16,202 nucleotides of DNA. Source: Candidatus Hydrogenedens sp. Lineage in GTDB: Bacteria > Hydrogenedentota > Hydrogenedentia > Hydrogenedentales > Hydrogenedentaceae. This document shows positions 1 to 8,981 of the stretch, piece by piece (positions within the stretch are counted from its first letter, which is position 1; each line of letters opens with the position of its first letter). The position numbers and the translations under genes were made by a program. The stretch covers positions 1 to 16,202 of the forward strand of contig JBMFRC010000035.1 of NCBI GenBank assembly GCA_049968235.1. Direction: 5' to 3'. The notes under the pieces were generated by a model, which did not search any database, was not told where the DNA came from, and was given only the letters and a program-made list of their open reading frames with translations.

Positions 1-60
1 GTCCCTATTTTTATTAACCAGAAAAAAACATACGAAATCATAAAAATAATAGAAAACAGA

Positions 61-264
61 ATGGAAGAATTAACCAAGTATTATCAGGTTACAAGAACAC
101 AGACCTTCGCCCTTCGTATTGCTTATGAATCTTTACTTGAACTTGAAAAAGAAAAAATAAAAATAAAAGAAAGAGAGAATGAAATAGAAAACAAATACAA
201 AAATGCCATAAAGAATCTGGAGAAAATAATTCAGAAAATCAAAAATCGTTTTGAAGAGGGATAA
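61..264 (+). CDS. hypothetical small charged, probably coiled-coil protein (67 aa)
   Basis: Only plus-strand ORF that does not overlap a strong minus-strand gene. Lys/Glu-rich heptad-like sequence. No convincing SD upstream. No family recognised. Confidence 0.25.
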   Translation: MEELTKYYQVTRTQTFALRIAYESLLELEKEKIKIKERENEIENKYKNAIKNLEKIIQKIKNRFEEG

Positions 265-561
265 TACGGATTAAAAATAAAGTTAAAATAAAATATCATT
301 ATAAGTAAAAAAGTTTATATTATGTCTGATAATATATATTATGTTTCTAAATTGCAACCAAAAGTATTAATCTACCCATAAACAATAAATATAATTCATT
401 ATATTTTTGTCAATATAACATATAATATATTTTGTTATTTAATTATTGTATCTTACTTTGTATCAGTATATTATAAATATAATAGGTTTTGTTAATTTGA
501 TTTTTATCGGGTTTGTTTGATTGAAAATTGGAAGATATATTTTTAATTTAAAAAGGATTCT

Positions 562-1677
562 TTATATTTTCATCAATTCATGAACTAAATGAAGAAGGAA
601 ATCGCGATTATCCATTGTTAAATAATGGAAAGTCCCCCCCATTCGTGAAAAGGATTTATTAAATCTAAGATAATACTCAGGTCTATCCATAGGAGGTTCT
701 CCCTGCGACCAATCCCATTTTGATTCCTGTAGGTCAACAACAACAATAAAATGATTAGAAATAGGTTTTCCTTTTTGTATTGCAATATTTTGCGACATTG
801 ACAAAGATTTTTCGAAAACCATCGGGGACATTACAGCGGAACCAATACTAATATACACTCCATCTTCTAAATTAGAAACAGAATGAGCAAAAGTAAGAAA
901 ATCTCTCTGGGCTGTTTTTCCTATTGATGAACAACAATTCATAGGATGAGTATAAATTATATCATGTCCTATCATAGGATGGGCTGTAAAAGGAATTTTA
1001 TGTCGAAATGCACACGCTTGCAAACCAAATTTCTTAAAAGGATGTTTTACAGACAAAAAACCTTCTTTAAGAGAAAATTCTCTAACTTTTTGAAGTAAGT
1101 CACATATGGCAGAACAAAGTTCCGGATTATCTTTTATATTATTATTTAACATATTTAACAATTCATTCTCAGTAGGAATATAAAGTCCTTCATTTTCAAC
1201 AAAAGAACCGATAGATTCGCCGTATCCTTTACCTTCAAAGGCTCCAACTACTAAAGATAAATTAAGGTAAAATCCTGTTTCTTCCCAGATACCGAACTCT
1301 CCCCTACTTACATTGGTTCGTACATCTTCACTGCTATGTCCCTGATAACTAAACTCCCAGTCATGAATGATTCCTGCACCATTTGTCGCTAAGTGTGTAA
1401 TCCATTTGTTCTCAATCAGCCACATTATTATTGGAGCCAAACCATTTTTTATCGAATGAGCACCAAACACAAGCATACGAGAACGATTTTTTTCTTTTGC
1501 AAGTATTAGTCGCTCTATTGTTTGCAATAAAATTTTTTTTGATAGGTCGTTTAATTGGATTTTAGGTTCATCTTTTGGGTAAACAGCGTCTTTTTCTATG
1601 TAAACCTTGTCTTTTCTTTGATTTAAAGGCTTGAATTTTATCTTAAAACGGTCAAAATAGGGATAGGGCATAAGCAC
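562..1677 (-). CDS. deoxyhypusine synthase-like protein (DHS/homospermidine synthase family), 371 aa
   Basis: Long ORF in the same orientation as the upstream genes, with a 14-nt gap. The segment LVFGAHSIKNGLAPIIMWLIENKWITHLATNGAGIIHDWEF aligns by eye with the DHS segment [40 protein letters not shown]. The family call is from memory and tentative. Confidence 0.45.
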   Translation of the reverse strand: MLMPYPYFDRFKIKFKPLNQRKDKVYIEKDAVYPKDEPKIQLNDLSKKILLQTIERLILAKEKNRSRMLVFGAHSIKNGLAPIIMWLIENKWITHLATNGAGIIHDWEFSYQGHSSEDVRTNVSRGEFGIWEETGFYLNLSLVVGAFEGKGYGESIGSFVENEGLYIPTENELLNMLNNNIKDNPELCSAICDLLQKVREFSLKEGFLSVKHPFKKFGLQACAFRHKIPFTAHPMIGHDIIYTHPMNCCSSIGKTAQRDFLTFAHSVSNLEDGVYISIGSAVMSPMVFEKSLSMSQNIAIQKGKPISNHFIVVVDLQESKWDWSQGEPPMDRPEYYLRFNKSFSRMGGTFHYLTMDNRDFLLHLVHELMKI

Positions 1678-1691
1678 TCACATCCTATAAT

Positions 1692-2618
1692 TTACGATTT
1701 TTTACGAATTATCATGGATACAACTTGCAGGGTATTCACATTTTTTTCTTGATTATCTATAATCAAAGGTTTTGTTCCATACTCCTTTAATACTTCAAAG
1801 CATAAATCAATATTATCCGTTAATATATAATCAACTCCTGCATCTACTAATTTTTTTATTATTTCCGGGTCCTGAGCACTAAAAAAATTTACCTTTATTC
1901 CATGTTGATGGGCTAATTCTACATCTTCTTTAAGATTATCCAATCCCTGTGTAAAACTAATTTGAACATAAGAAACCTGTAGTCTTATGCCCCTTTCTAT
2001 AAAATCCCGTCTTTTTTCTAATTTTTCAGGGATTAAACAAATTTTCATCTCGGGAACTTTATTACGAACTACTTCTACTTGTTTTTCATTATTACAAGCA
2101 ATAAAACATCGCCCTATTTGTCCTGTTTCTTTTAATGTTTTTGCTACTACTTCTGTGGCAAATTCATCCCCATAAACATGAACATTACATAGAATACCAT
2201 AAGGAATTGTATTTATTACTTCATATAAGGATGGAATTTTTGTACCTATAAATGAATTGCCGAACCATTTTCCGGCATCCAGTTTATATATTTCTTCACT
2301 GAGTAAATCCTGAACCTTACCCTTTCCATTTGTGGTCCTGTCGACTTTTTCATCATGCATAATTATTAGATGTCCATCTTTAGTCATTCGTACATCAAAC
2401 TCAATCATATGTACCCCCTTTTTTACTGCAGATTGAAATGCAGGTAAGGTATTTTCAGGTGCATTCTTTACATCTCCCCTATGTGCGCAAACATAAGTTT
2501 CCCCAGCACCTATATTTGAAACTAAAATTAGAAGAAGTTCCAAAACAACAAGAGAACTAACTTTTATTTGCTTTATTAAACATCTTAATAATACGTGGTA
2601 CATTTTCCAATGCCTCAT
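1692..2618 (-). CDS. glycerophosphodiester phosphodiesterase (GlpQ/UgpQ family), probably secreted
   Basis: Shows the GDPD hallmarks CAHRGD...APENTLPAF...MIEFDVRMTKDGHLIIMHDEKVDRTTNGKG. The maximal ORF runs to 2654. The more likely start is Met at 2618 or 2603 (GAGG about 10 nt upstream of 2603), which gives an n-region plus hydrophobic LVVLELLLILVSNIGAG signal-peptide-like N-terminus. It overlaps the alaS 3' end. Confidence 0.8.
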   Translation of the reverse strand: MRHWKMYHVLLRCLIKQIKVSSLVVLELLLILVSNIGAGETYVCAHRGDVKNAPENTLPAFQSAVKKGVHMIEFDVRMTKDGHLIIMHDEKVDRTTNGKGKVQDLLSEEIYKLDAGKWFGNSFIGTKIPSLYEVINTIPYGILCNVHVYGDEFATEVVAKTLKETGQIGRCFIACNNEKQVEVVRNKVPEMKICLIPEKLEKRRDFIERGIRLQVSYVQISFTQGLDNLKEDVELAHQHGIKVNFFSAQDPEIIKKLVDAGVDYILTDNIDLCFEVLKEYGTKPLIIDNQEKNVNTLQVVSMIIRKKS

Positions 2619-5205
2619 TAAATTTCTCAATATCTTTTCCTCCCGCCTGAGCAAAATCTTTCCTTCCGCCTCCTTTTCCTCCTACAATTTGTGCTAACTG
2701 GTTAACTATATCAGAAGAACTAAACTTATCAATTAAATCCTTTGTAACTCCTACACAGAAAGTGGCCTTATCTTCATATTTTATCCCTACAACTACAATT
2801 CCAGATTTAATCTTATCTTTCAAATGGTCTACAAGTGTTCGTGCCTGATTAATATCTTCATTTTCCAATACTAATGTTATAAAATTAACACCATCAATGG
2901 ATTTCACATTTTTCGACAAATCTTTCCCTTCACCTAACAATGCCTGTCGTTTCCATTTTTCTAATTCTTTATAGAGTTTTCTATTTTCTTCAATTATTTG
3001 TAATATTCGTTCTTGTAATCCTTCCGGAGATGAATTTATAGTTTCCGAAATTTCTTTTATCATTCGTTCTGTTTTCTGTATCCAATTGATAAAAGGTTCC
3101 CCGCATATAGCTTCAATTCTACGAACCCCAGCGGATACGGAGGATTCTGACAGAATCTTAAAACCACCTATAACGCCAGTTTGAGAAACATGACATCCTC
3201 CACAAAATTCGGTACTAATACCGTCAATTTTAACTACTCGCACTATGTCTCCATATTTTTCCCCAAATAAAGCCATAGCCCCTAATTTTCTGGCTTCATC
3301 TATGGGAAGATATAAAATCTCAACATTGTAATCTTCTCTAATTTTTTCATTAACCCATTTTTCAATATCCAAAATACGGTCATAACCTACTGCCTCAAAA
3401 TGGGTAAAATCGAAACGCAATCTTTCTTCAGAAACCAGAGAACCACATTGATGAACATGTTCACCTAAAATATCGCGAAGTGCGGATTGAAGTAAATGAG
3501 TTGCGGTATGGTGGTTTTGAATAGTGAGCCTTCTTTTATAGTCAATGATGGCATTGATATCTTCACCTGTTTTAAACTGTCCATTAACTACTTTCACATA
3601 GTGGACAAACAGTTTATCTAATATTTTTTTTGTATCTGTTACTTCCGCAAGTGTTTTCCCATCCAATCCTGACAGAATACCTATATCACCTACCTGACCA
3701 CCACTTTCAGCATAAAAAGGAGTTTTATTTAGAATAATCCATCCTTCTTCTCCTTCTTTTAATTCTTCTATAATATTACTTTCCTTTACAATGGCTATAA
3801 TTTTACAAACCGCTGTATTTTGTTCATAACCTATAAATTCTGTTTCACCGTATTGGGCTAAAATCTGGTGATACACAGGGGATATTTCCTGTTGACCACT
3901 TCCTACCCATGTTTTCCGGTTAAATTCTCTTTGTTTCTCTTTCGCTTTTATGTATCCATCTTCATCTAATTCAAAACCTTTCTCTTCAGCCATATCCTTC
4001 ACTATATCAAGAGGAAAACCGTATGTGTCATGTAGTTTAAAAAGAATATCTCCCGGTATAAGTTTTTCCCCTTTACTAATCATATCTTCAAAAAGTTCTT
4101 TCAATATATCCATACCACGAGATAAAGTACTACCGAACCGCTCTTCTTCAAGATTTATAATTTTTTCAATTTGTGTCTGTGTTTCTAACAATTCCGGATA
4201 ATATTTACCCATATTTTGTATTACGACTTTTGAAATTTGATGTAAAAATGGTTTAACCAGTCCAATTTCTCTACCAAATCGTGAAGCCCGTCTTAATATT
4301 CTTCTCCAAACATATCCCCTTCCCTCATTTGCGGGTAAAATCCCGTCAGCAGTCATGAAGGATAATGCTCGAATATGGTCTGCTATAACGCGGAAAGGAA
4401 TAGGATTTTCTTGATAAGAACATGTAGCAATTTCCTGAGTAATTTCTATGATTGGAAACAAAACATCGGTATCAAAAACAGTTGTCTTATTTTGTAGTAA
4501 TAAGCACATTCTTTCTAATCCCATTCCTGTATCAATTCCCCGATTTTTTAACGGTAACCGTGTTCCATCCACCTGCTGGTCATATTGGGGAAAAACCAGA
4601 TTCCAGAATTCTAAAAAACGCTCATGGGGGTCATTTTCAGGCGTAGCATTAGGGTCAATGTCCTCACCTTTATCAAAAAGAAGTTCAGAACAAGGTCCAC
4701 AGGCACCTGAATCCCCCGCAGGTCCCCAAAAATTGTCCTTTGCTCCCAAACGAACTATTCTTTTTTCAGGTACTCCAATCTCTTTATTCCATATATCAAA
4801 AGCCTCATCATCTTCTTCATAGACCGATACCCATATTTGTTCCGGTTTTATTTTCATAACTTGTGTTGAATATTCCCATGCCCATTGTATAGCCTCTCTT
4901 TTAAAGTAATCACCAAAAGAAAAATTCCCGAGCATTTCAAAAAAGGTTAAATGACGGGATGTCTTCCCTACTTCCTCTAAATCATTGGCTTTCCCTCCTG
5001 CTCTTAAGCATTTCTGAACTGTTGAAGCCCTCCGATATGGAACAGGAACTTCCCCTGTATAATAAGGTTTAAATTGAACCATTCCTGCACTGGTAAAGAG
5101 CAGTGTTGGGTCATTTTTGGGAATTAATGTATCACTTTTTTCGATAACATGACCTCTGTTTCTGAAAAAATCTAAAAAACTCTCACGAATTTCATAACTT
5201 TTCAC
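2557..5205 (-). CDS. alaS: alanine--tRNA ligase (alanyl-tRNA synthetase), 882 aa, GTG start
   Basis: N-terminus MKSYEIRESFLDFFRNRGHVIEKSDTLIPKNDPTLLFTSAGMVQFKP, class II catalytic core, editing domain (HHTATHLL...CGGCHV) and C-terminal DHHA1-like tail. The start codon is GTG, with GGAGAAA 6 nt upstream. Confidence 0.97.
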   Translation of the reverse strand: MKSYEIRESFLDFFRNRGHVIEKSDTLIPKNDPTLLFTSAGMVQFKPYYTGEVPVPYRRASTVQKCLRAGGKANDLEEVGKTSRHLTFFEMLGNFSFGDYFKREAIQWAWEYSTQVMKIKPEQIWVSVYEEDDEAFDIWNKEIGVPEKRIVRLGAKDNFWGPAGDSGACGPCSELLFDKGEDIDPNATPENDPHERFLEFWNLVFPQYDQQVDGTRLPLKNRGIDTGMGLERMCLLLQNKTTVFDTDVLFPIIEITQEIATCSYQENPIPFRVIADHIRALSFMTADGILPANEGRGYVWRRILRRASRFGREIGLVKPFLHQISKVVIQNMGKYYPELLETQTQIEKIINLEEERFGSTLSRGMDILKELFEDMISKGEKLIPGDILFKLHDTYGFPLDIVKDMAEEKGFELDEDGYIKAKEKQREFNRKTWVGSGQQEISPVYHQILAQYGETEFIGYEQNTAVCKIIAIVKESNIIEELKEGEEGWIILNKTPFYAESGGQVGDIGILSGLDGKTLAEVTDTKKILDKLFVHYVKVVNGQFKTGEDINAIIDYKRRLTIQNHHTATHLLQSALRDILGEHVHQCGSLVSEERLRFDFTHFEAVGYDRILDIEKWVNEKIREDYNVEILYLPIDEARKLGAMALFGEKYGDIVRVVKIDGISTEFCGGCHVSQTGVIGGFKILSESSVSAGVRRIEAICGEPFINWIQKTERMIKEISETINSSPEGLQERILQIIEENRKLYKELEKWKRQALLGEGKDLSKNVKSIDGVNFITLVLENEDINQARTLVDHLKDKIKSGIVVVGIKYEDKATFCVGVTKDLIDKFSSSDIVNQLAQIVGGKGGGRKDFAQAGGKDIEKFNEALENVPRIIKMFNKANKS

Positions 5206-5257
5206 AATGATTTCTCCATTTGATATTAAAGGGTTACATAATGAGGTATATAGATTT

Positions 5258-5291
5258 TATCAAATTATTTATAAACATTTACAGATGACAA
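5258..5291 (-). promoter_or_regulatory. candidate sigma70-type promoter for alaS (TTGTCA-N17-ATAATT/TATAAAT)
   Basis: Minus-strand sequence TTGTCAtctgtaaatgtttataaATAATT lies immediately downstream of the terminator of the preceding gene and about 55 nt upstream of the alaS GTG. Confidence 0.3.
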
Positions 5292-5300
5292 CTTGTTTGT

Positions 5301-5336
5301 AAAAAAGAAGAGAGAACAACATTATGTCCTCTCTTC
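5301..5336 (-). terminator. rho-independent terminator of the riboswitch-controlled gene
   Basis: On the minus strand: GAAGAGAG-(14-nt loop)-CTCTCTTC followed by TTTTTTAC. It lies 30 nt after the stop codon of the 5367..6698 gene. Confidence 0.6.
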
Positions 5337-5366
5337 GATATTTTTATTATCAATTCTTGAAAATAA

Positions 5367-6698
5367 CTACAATATTGATACACTCCTCTTCAGTCTATAA
5401 AAGGCTAATAGCGACAATGAAAGAATCATTATTATAAGAAATATAGGTTTATATAAAGGCAATCTATTTTCTGTAACGATAATATGAACAGTATAGATGG
5501 CTTTTTCATTTCCGTAACTACATATATATGTCCCTGTATCTTCAGGTTGTGCATTATAAATTAATAACTTTTTACAATGTATTCCTGAAATTCTGGGATT
5601 TGTGCTTATATCACCATTTATTTTACTCCATGTAAATTGTGTTCCTTCGGGAACTATTTCACCAAAAATATCAAGACAGACATCCTCACCAGAACGATAA
5701 ATAGATTTTCTAACGGAATTACAATCTGGACACTCTTCCTGTTCTGTTCTTAAGATGAGGTATCCCCTGTTATTTACTATTGCCAATATTGTATCTGAAT
5801 ATGGATTATAAAAAGCAGAATAATATCCCTGATTATTTGCGGGGTCCCAAACACGAACGATTTCACCTGTGGATGGATTTATTTCTTGTATTCCGCCCGG
5901 AAGCATAAAGCCTTCTGAACCAGCAACAATCAGGAGATTATCATTGCTTATTCCAGATACTCCACCTGTGAAATAAACCCCGGATGTCCCAACCGGTATT
6001 CCATCTATATTCCAATCAAGTGTAGTGTGAGTATTATATGCGTTGACTAAAGAGGATATTGAAAATTTACGTATTTCACGAGCATTACCATCCATTATAT
6101 AAACCCAAGTATCATCTTTTGCTAACGTAGCAGAATAGGCAAAGGGTGGCTTATCTATAACCATATCTTTGTTGAGTGATTTAGGTTTCATTAAAACAAA
6201 ATGGGAAATATTTTCATTTTTTTCATTTAGTGGTAAAATATGGATTTCACTTCCTGAAAAATCAGATTTTGTGACATCGAGTAGTAACAGGTCTGATGTT
6301 AAATAAATACCATAATAATGACTGATATTTGCAATAATAGACAATGGTGTAAAGTTCTGTGGATTTGTTAAATCAAGGAGATATATATCTCCTAAATATC
6401 CCTGTCCTAATATTGCTTTTTTTTCATCCGGACTAATTGCAACAAAAGCAGGGTCTCCTTGATAGCCTTCTGCAATCAAGAAATAATTGTCATTTTTGGG
6501 AGCAATCTGTTTATAGACCTGATTCCCATTCCAGATTAAAAAAGTGCCATCACTGAGAGGAGCAGAAGTAACAAAATATGAACCGGATGCAGGTTGTGGA
6601 ATATTAGGCAAAGGAATTACTGTTTCAGCCATAGCACTTAAAACTAATAAAAGGGAACTAAGAACAAAAACAGATTTAGCATAATTATAGAGAAACAT
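5367..6698 (-). CDS. uncharacterised secreted, membrane-anchored protein with beta-rich (propeller-like) repeats and a C-terminal Ig-like domain; cobalamin-riboswitch controlled
   Basis: N-terminal signal peptide MFLYNYAKSVFVLSSLLLVLSAMA|ETV. Body rich in G/Y/N/T beta-strand repeats. Ig-type signature near the C-terminus (FTWSK...NAQPEDTGTYICSY...YTVHIIV). Terminal TM helix plus basic tail (PIFLIIMILSLSLLAFYRLKRSVSIL). Strong SD GAAGGAGGA 7 nt upstream of the ATG. Confidence 0.8.
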   Translation of the reverse strand: MFLYNYAKSVFVLSSLLLVLSAMAETVIPLPNIPQPASGSYFVTSAPLSDGTFLIWNGNQVYKQIAPKNDNYFLIAEGYQGDPAFVAISPDEKKAILGQGYLGDIYLLDLTNPQNFTPLSIIANISHYYGIYLTSDLLLLDVTKSDFSGSEIHILPLNEKNENISHFVLMKPKSLNKDMVIDKPPFAYSATLAKDDTWVYIMDGNAREIRKFSISSLVNAYNTHTTLDWNIDGIPVGTSGVYFTGGVSGISNDNLLIVAGSEGFMLPGGIQEINPSTGEIVRVWDPANNQGYYSAFYNPYSDTILAIVNNRGYLILRTEQEECPDCNSVRKSIYRSGEDVCLDIFGEIVPEGTQFTWSKINGDISTNPRISGIHCKKLLIYNAQPEDTGTYICSYGNEKAIYTVHIIVTENRLPLYKPIFLIIMILSLSLLAFYRLKRSVSIL

Positions 6699-6765
6699 AA
6701 TTTTCCTCCTTCTGAGTTTAAATTTAATTCTTTTTTTTCGTTCATTTGTTAAAAAGGGAGGAAAA
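6699..6765 (-). promoter_or_regulatory. riboswitch expression platform: anti-SD (UUUUCCUCCCUUUUU, 6751..6765) able to pair with the SD (AGAAGGAGGAAAAUU, 6699..6713)
   Basis: About 10 nt of direct complementarity between the two elements, which are separated by about 40 nt. This is the typical translational OFF-switch arrangement of B12 riboswitches. Confidence 0.55.
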
Positions 6766-6842
6766 GTAGGCAGGTAAGGCTTTCACAGAAGGAGAAATGC
6801 CATCCTGCAACAACCTTTCCGCGAGTTGTTACAGTCACATTT

Positions 6843-6989
6843 CCTGACCAATGCAGGTCTTCTGGCTTCCGGTTCATCCTACTTATCACGCCTTCCCGTT
6901 ATTACAGTGGCTTTTTGTGACTTTCGTACCCGGTTACAGCAGCGCGTCTGCGACGGACTTTCACCGTGCTTCCCTATACATCAGTCAGG
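6843..6989 (-). promoter_or_regulatory. cobalamin (AdoCbl/B12) riboswitch aptamer
   Basis: Minus-strand RNA: CCUGACUGAUG UAUAGGGAAGCACGGUGAAAGUCCGUCGCAGACGCGCUGCUGUAACCGGG...AAGCCACUGUAAUAACGGGAAGGCGUG...GGAAGCCAGAAGACCUGC AUUGGUCAGG. The conserved AGGGAA, GGUGnAAnUCC, GCnGnnCnCUGUAA, GCCACUG and GGGAAGGC elements are all present. The B12-box consensus rAGYCMGgAgaCCkGCc is matched by AAGCCAGAAGACCUGCA. An 11-bp P1 helix (CCUGACUGAUG/CAUUGGUCAGG) closes the aptamer. The region is GC-rich (about 50%) against a 30% background. Confidence 0.9.
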
Positions 6990-7030
6990 TTCCTTAATTT
7001 TCACCTCCTTTCCATAAGTTGTTTATGAAT

Positions 7031-8129
<1,099 letters not shown>

Positions 8130-8140
8130 TCAATATCCTT

Positions 8141-8599
8141 TTATTCATTTTTACATTCCACTGATATATATACAGGGTAATCATCCAGACTTAGTTCAAC
8201 AAAATCTGCATCTTGTCTTATCTTTTCCCATTGTTCTTCATTAATTTCCTCTGCTGAAGGAGGCTGAAGTTCAAATACAGGTTCTGTCCCGGCTAATGAA
8301 GTTAAAAAATTTCCACAAAAAATATTTAAAAACTCACAAAGAGCATCTTTAGGTTCTACTTCTATATCCGTTTCTTCTTCATCAATACCTAAAACATTAC
8401 TCATCATTTCTCTGCACAATTCCTCCGGAGTTACAATGATGGCATTGCCTTTATACGGACCGGAAAAAGACATTTCAGCCTTGATATAGGGTGGCATTGC
8501 ATCCTGTTGCTCAGACCAATCATCTGCAAACATAAAAGCAAACTCTTTTGCCACATCAGTTAATACCTTTTTAATTAATTCTTTGTCCATTTCATTCAT
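8141..8599 (-). CDS. acidic CheC/CheX-family phosphatase-like protein (divergent CheX paralog)
   Basis: 152 aa, very acidic. The segment ALCEFLNIFCGNFL matches the CheX active-site region AVGELANMISGNAK (E-x2-N...GN). It overlaps the preceding cheY by 8 nt, which suggests translational coupling. Confidence 0.5.
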   Translation of the reverse strand: MNEMDKELIKKVLTDVAKEFAFMFADDWSEQQDAMPPYIKAEMSFSGPYKGNAIIVTPEELCREMMSNVLGIDEEETDIEVEPKDALCEFLNIFCGNFLTSLAGTEPVFELQPPSAEEINEEQWEKIRQDADFVELSLDDYPVYISVECKNE

Positions 8600-8981
8600 T
8601 TCCAGATACTCCCAAAAGTTCTATAACCAAATTTTTTAACGATTCCGGTGTGAACGGTTTTCTAAGGTACGCTTTAACTCCTTTCGATTTCAATTCTTCA
8701 ACACGTGTTTGACTTCCTTCTGTGGATACAATGGCGATAGGAATGGTCTTTAAAAGTTCATCCTGATTCATCTCATTTATCAACTCAACTCCATTCATAA
8801 CGGGCATGTTAATATCCGTTAAAACAAGGTCAACCCAATTACTTCGCAGTATATCCAATGCTTCCTTCCCATTACTTGCATGGAGAATATTTCCTATTTC
8901 CACACCAGACAATCGCAAGGTCTTTTCCATCACGGCTCGCACTGTTGTTGAATCATCAACAATCAAAATATTGATACTCAT
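8592..8981 (-). CDS. cheY: CheY-like single-domain response regulator
   Basis: ILIVDDSTTVRAV...LVLTDINMPVMNG...KAYLRKPF: receiver domain with the conserved Asp pocket and the phospho-acceptor Asp in LTD. A 4-nt ATGA overlap with the upstream HDOD gene. Confidence 0.9.
   Translation of the reverse strand: MSINILIVDDSTTVRAVMEKTLRLSGVEIGNILHASNGKEALDILRSNWVDLVLTDINMPVMNGVELINEMNQDELLKTIPIAIVSTEGSQTRVEELKSKGVKAYLRKPFTPESLKNLVIELLGVSGNE

Noticed and set aside
6770-7010. The GC-rich structured region was first considered as RNase P RNA, SRP (4.5S/scRNA), 6S RNA or tmRNA. This was prompted by GGUGAAAGUCCG-like and CCGGAAG-like strings.
   Set aside because: It is too short for RNase P (about 240 nt versus 330 nt or more). 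It has no GGAAAGUCCGG P4, no ACAGAAnCCGGCUUA, no SRP domain IV GGAA tetraloop context and no tRNA-like tmRNA end. Every block instead fits the cobalamin riboswitch consensus, including the B12 box.
6826-7017. Plus-strand ORF of 63 aa in the six-frame track.
   Set aside because: It lies entirely within the minus-strand riboswitch aptamer. Its openness is explained by the GC-rich RNA sequence.
8141-8599. Assigning this ORF as CheC or as a CheW-like adaptor.
   Set aside because: It has only one E-x2-N...GN site, whereas CheC has two pseudo-repeats. At 152 aa its length fits CheX. There is no CheW fold signature.
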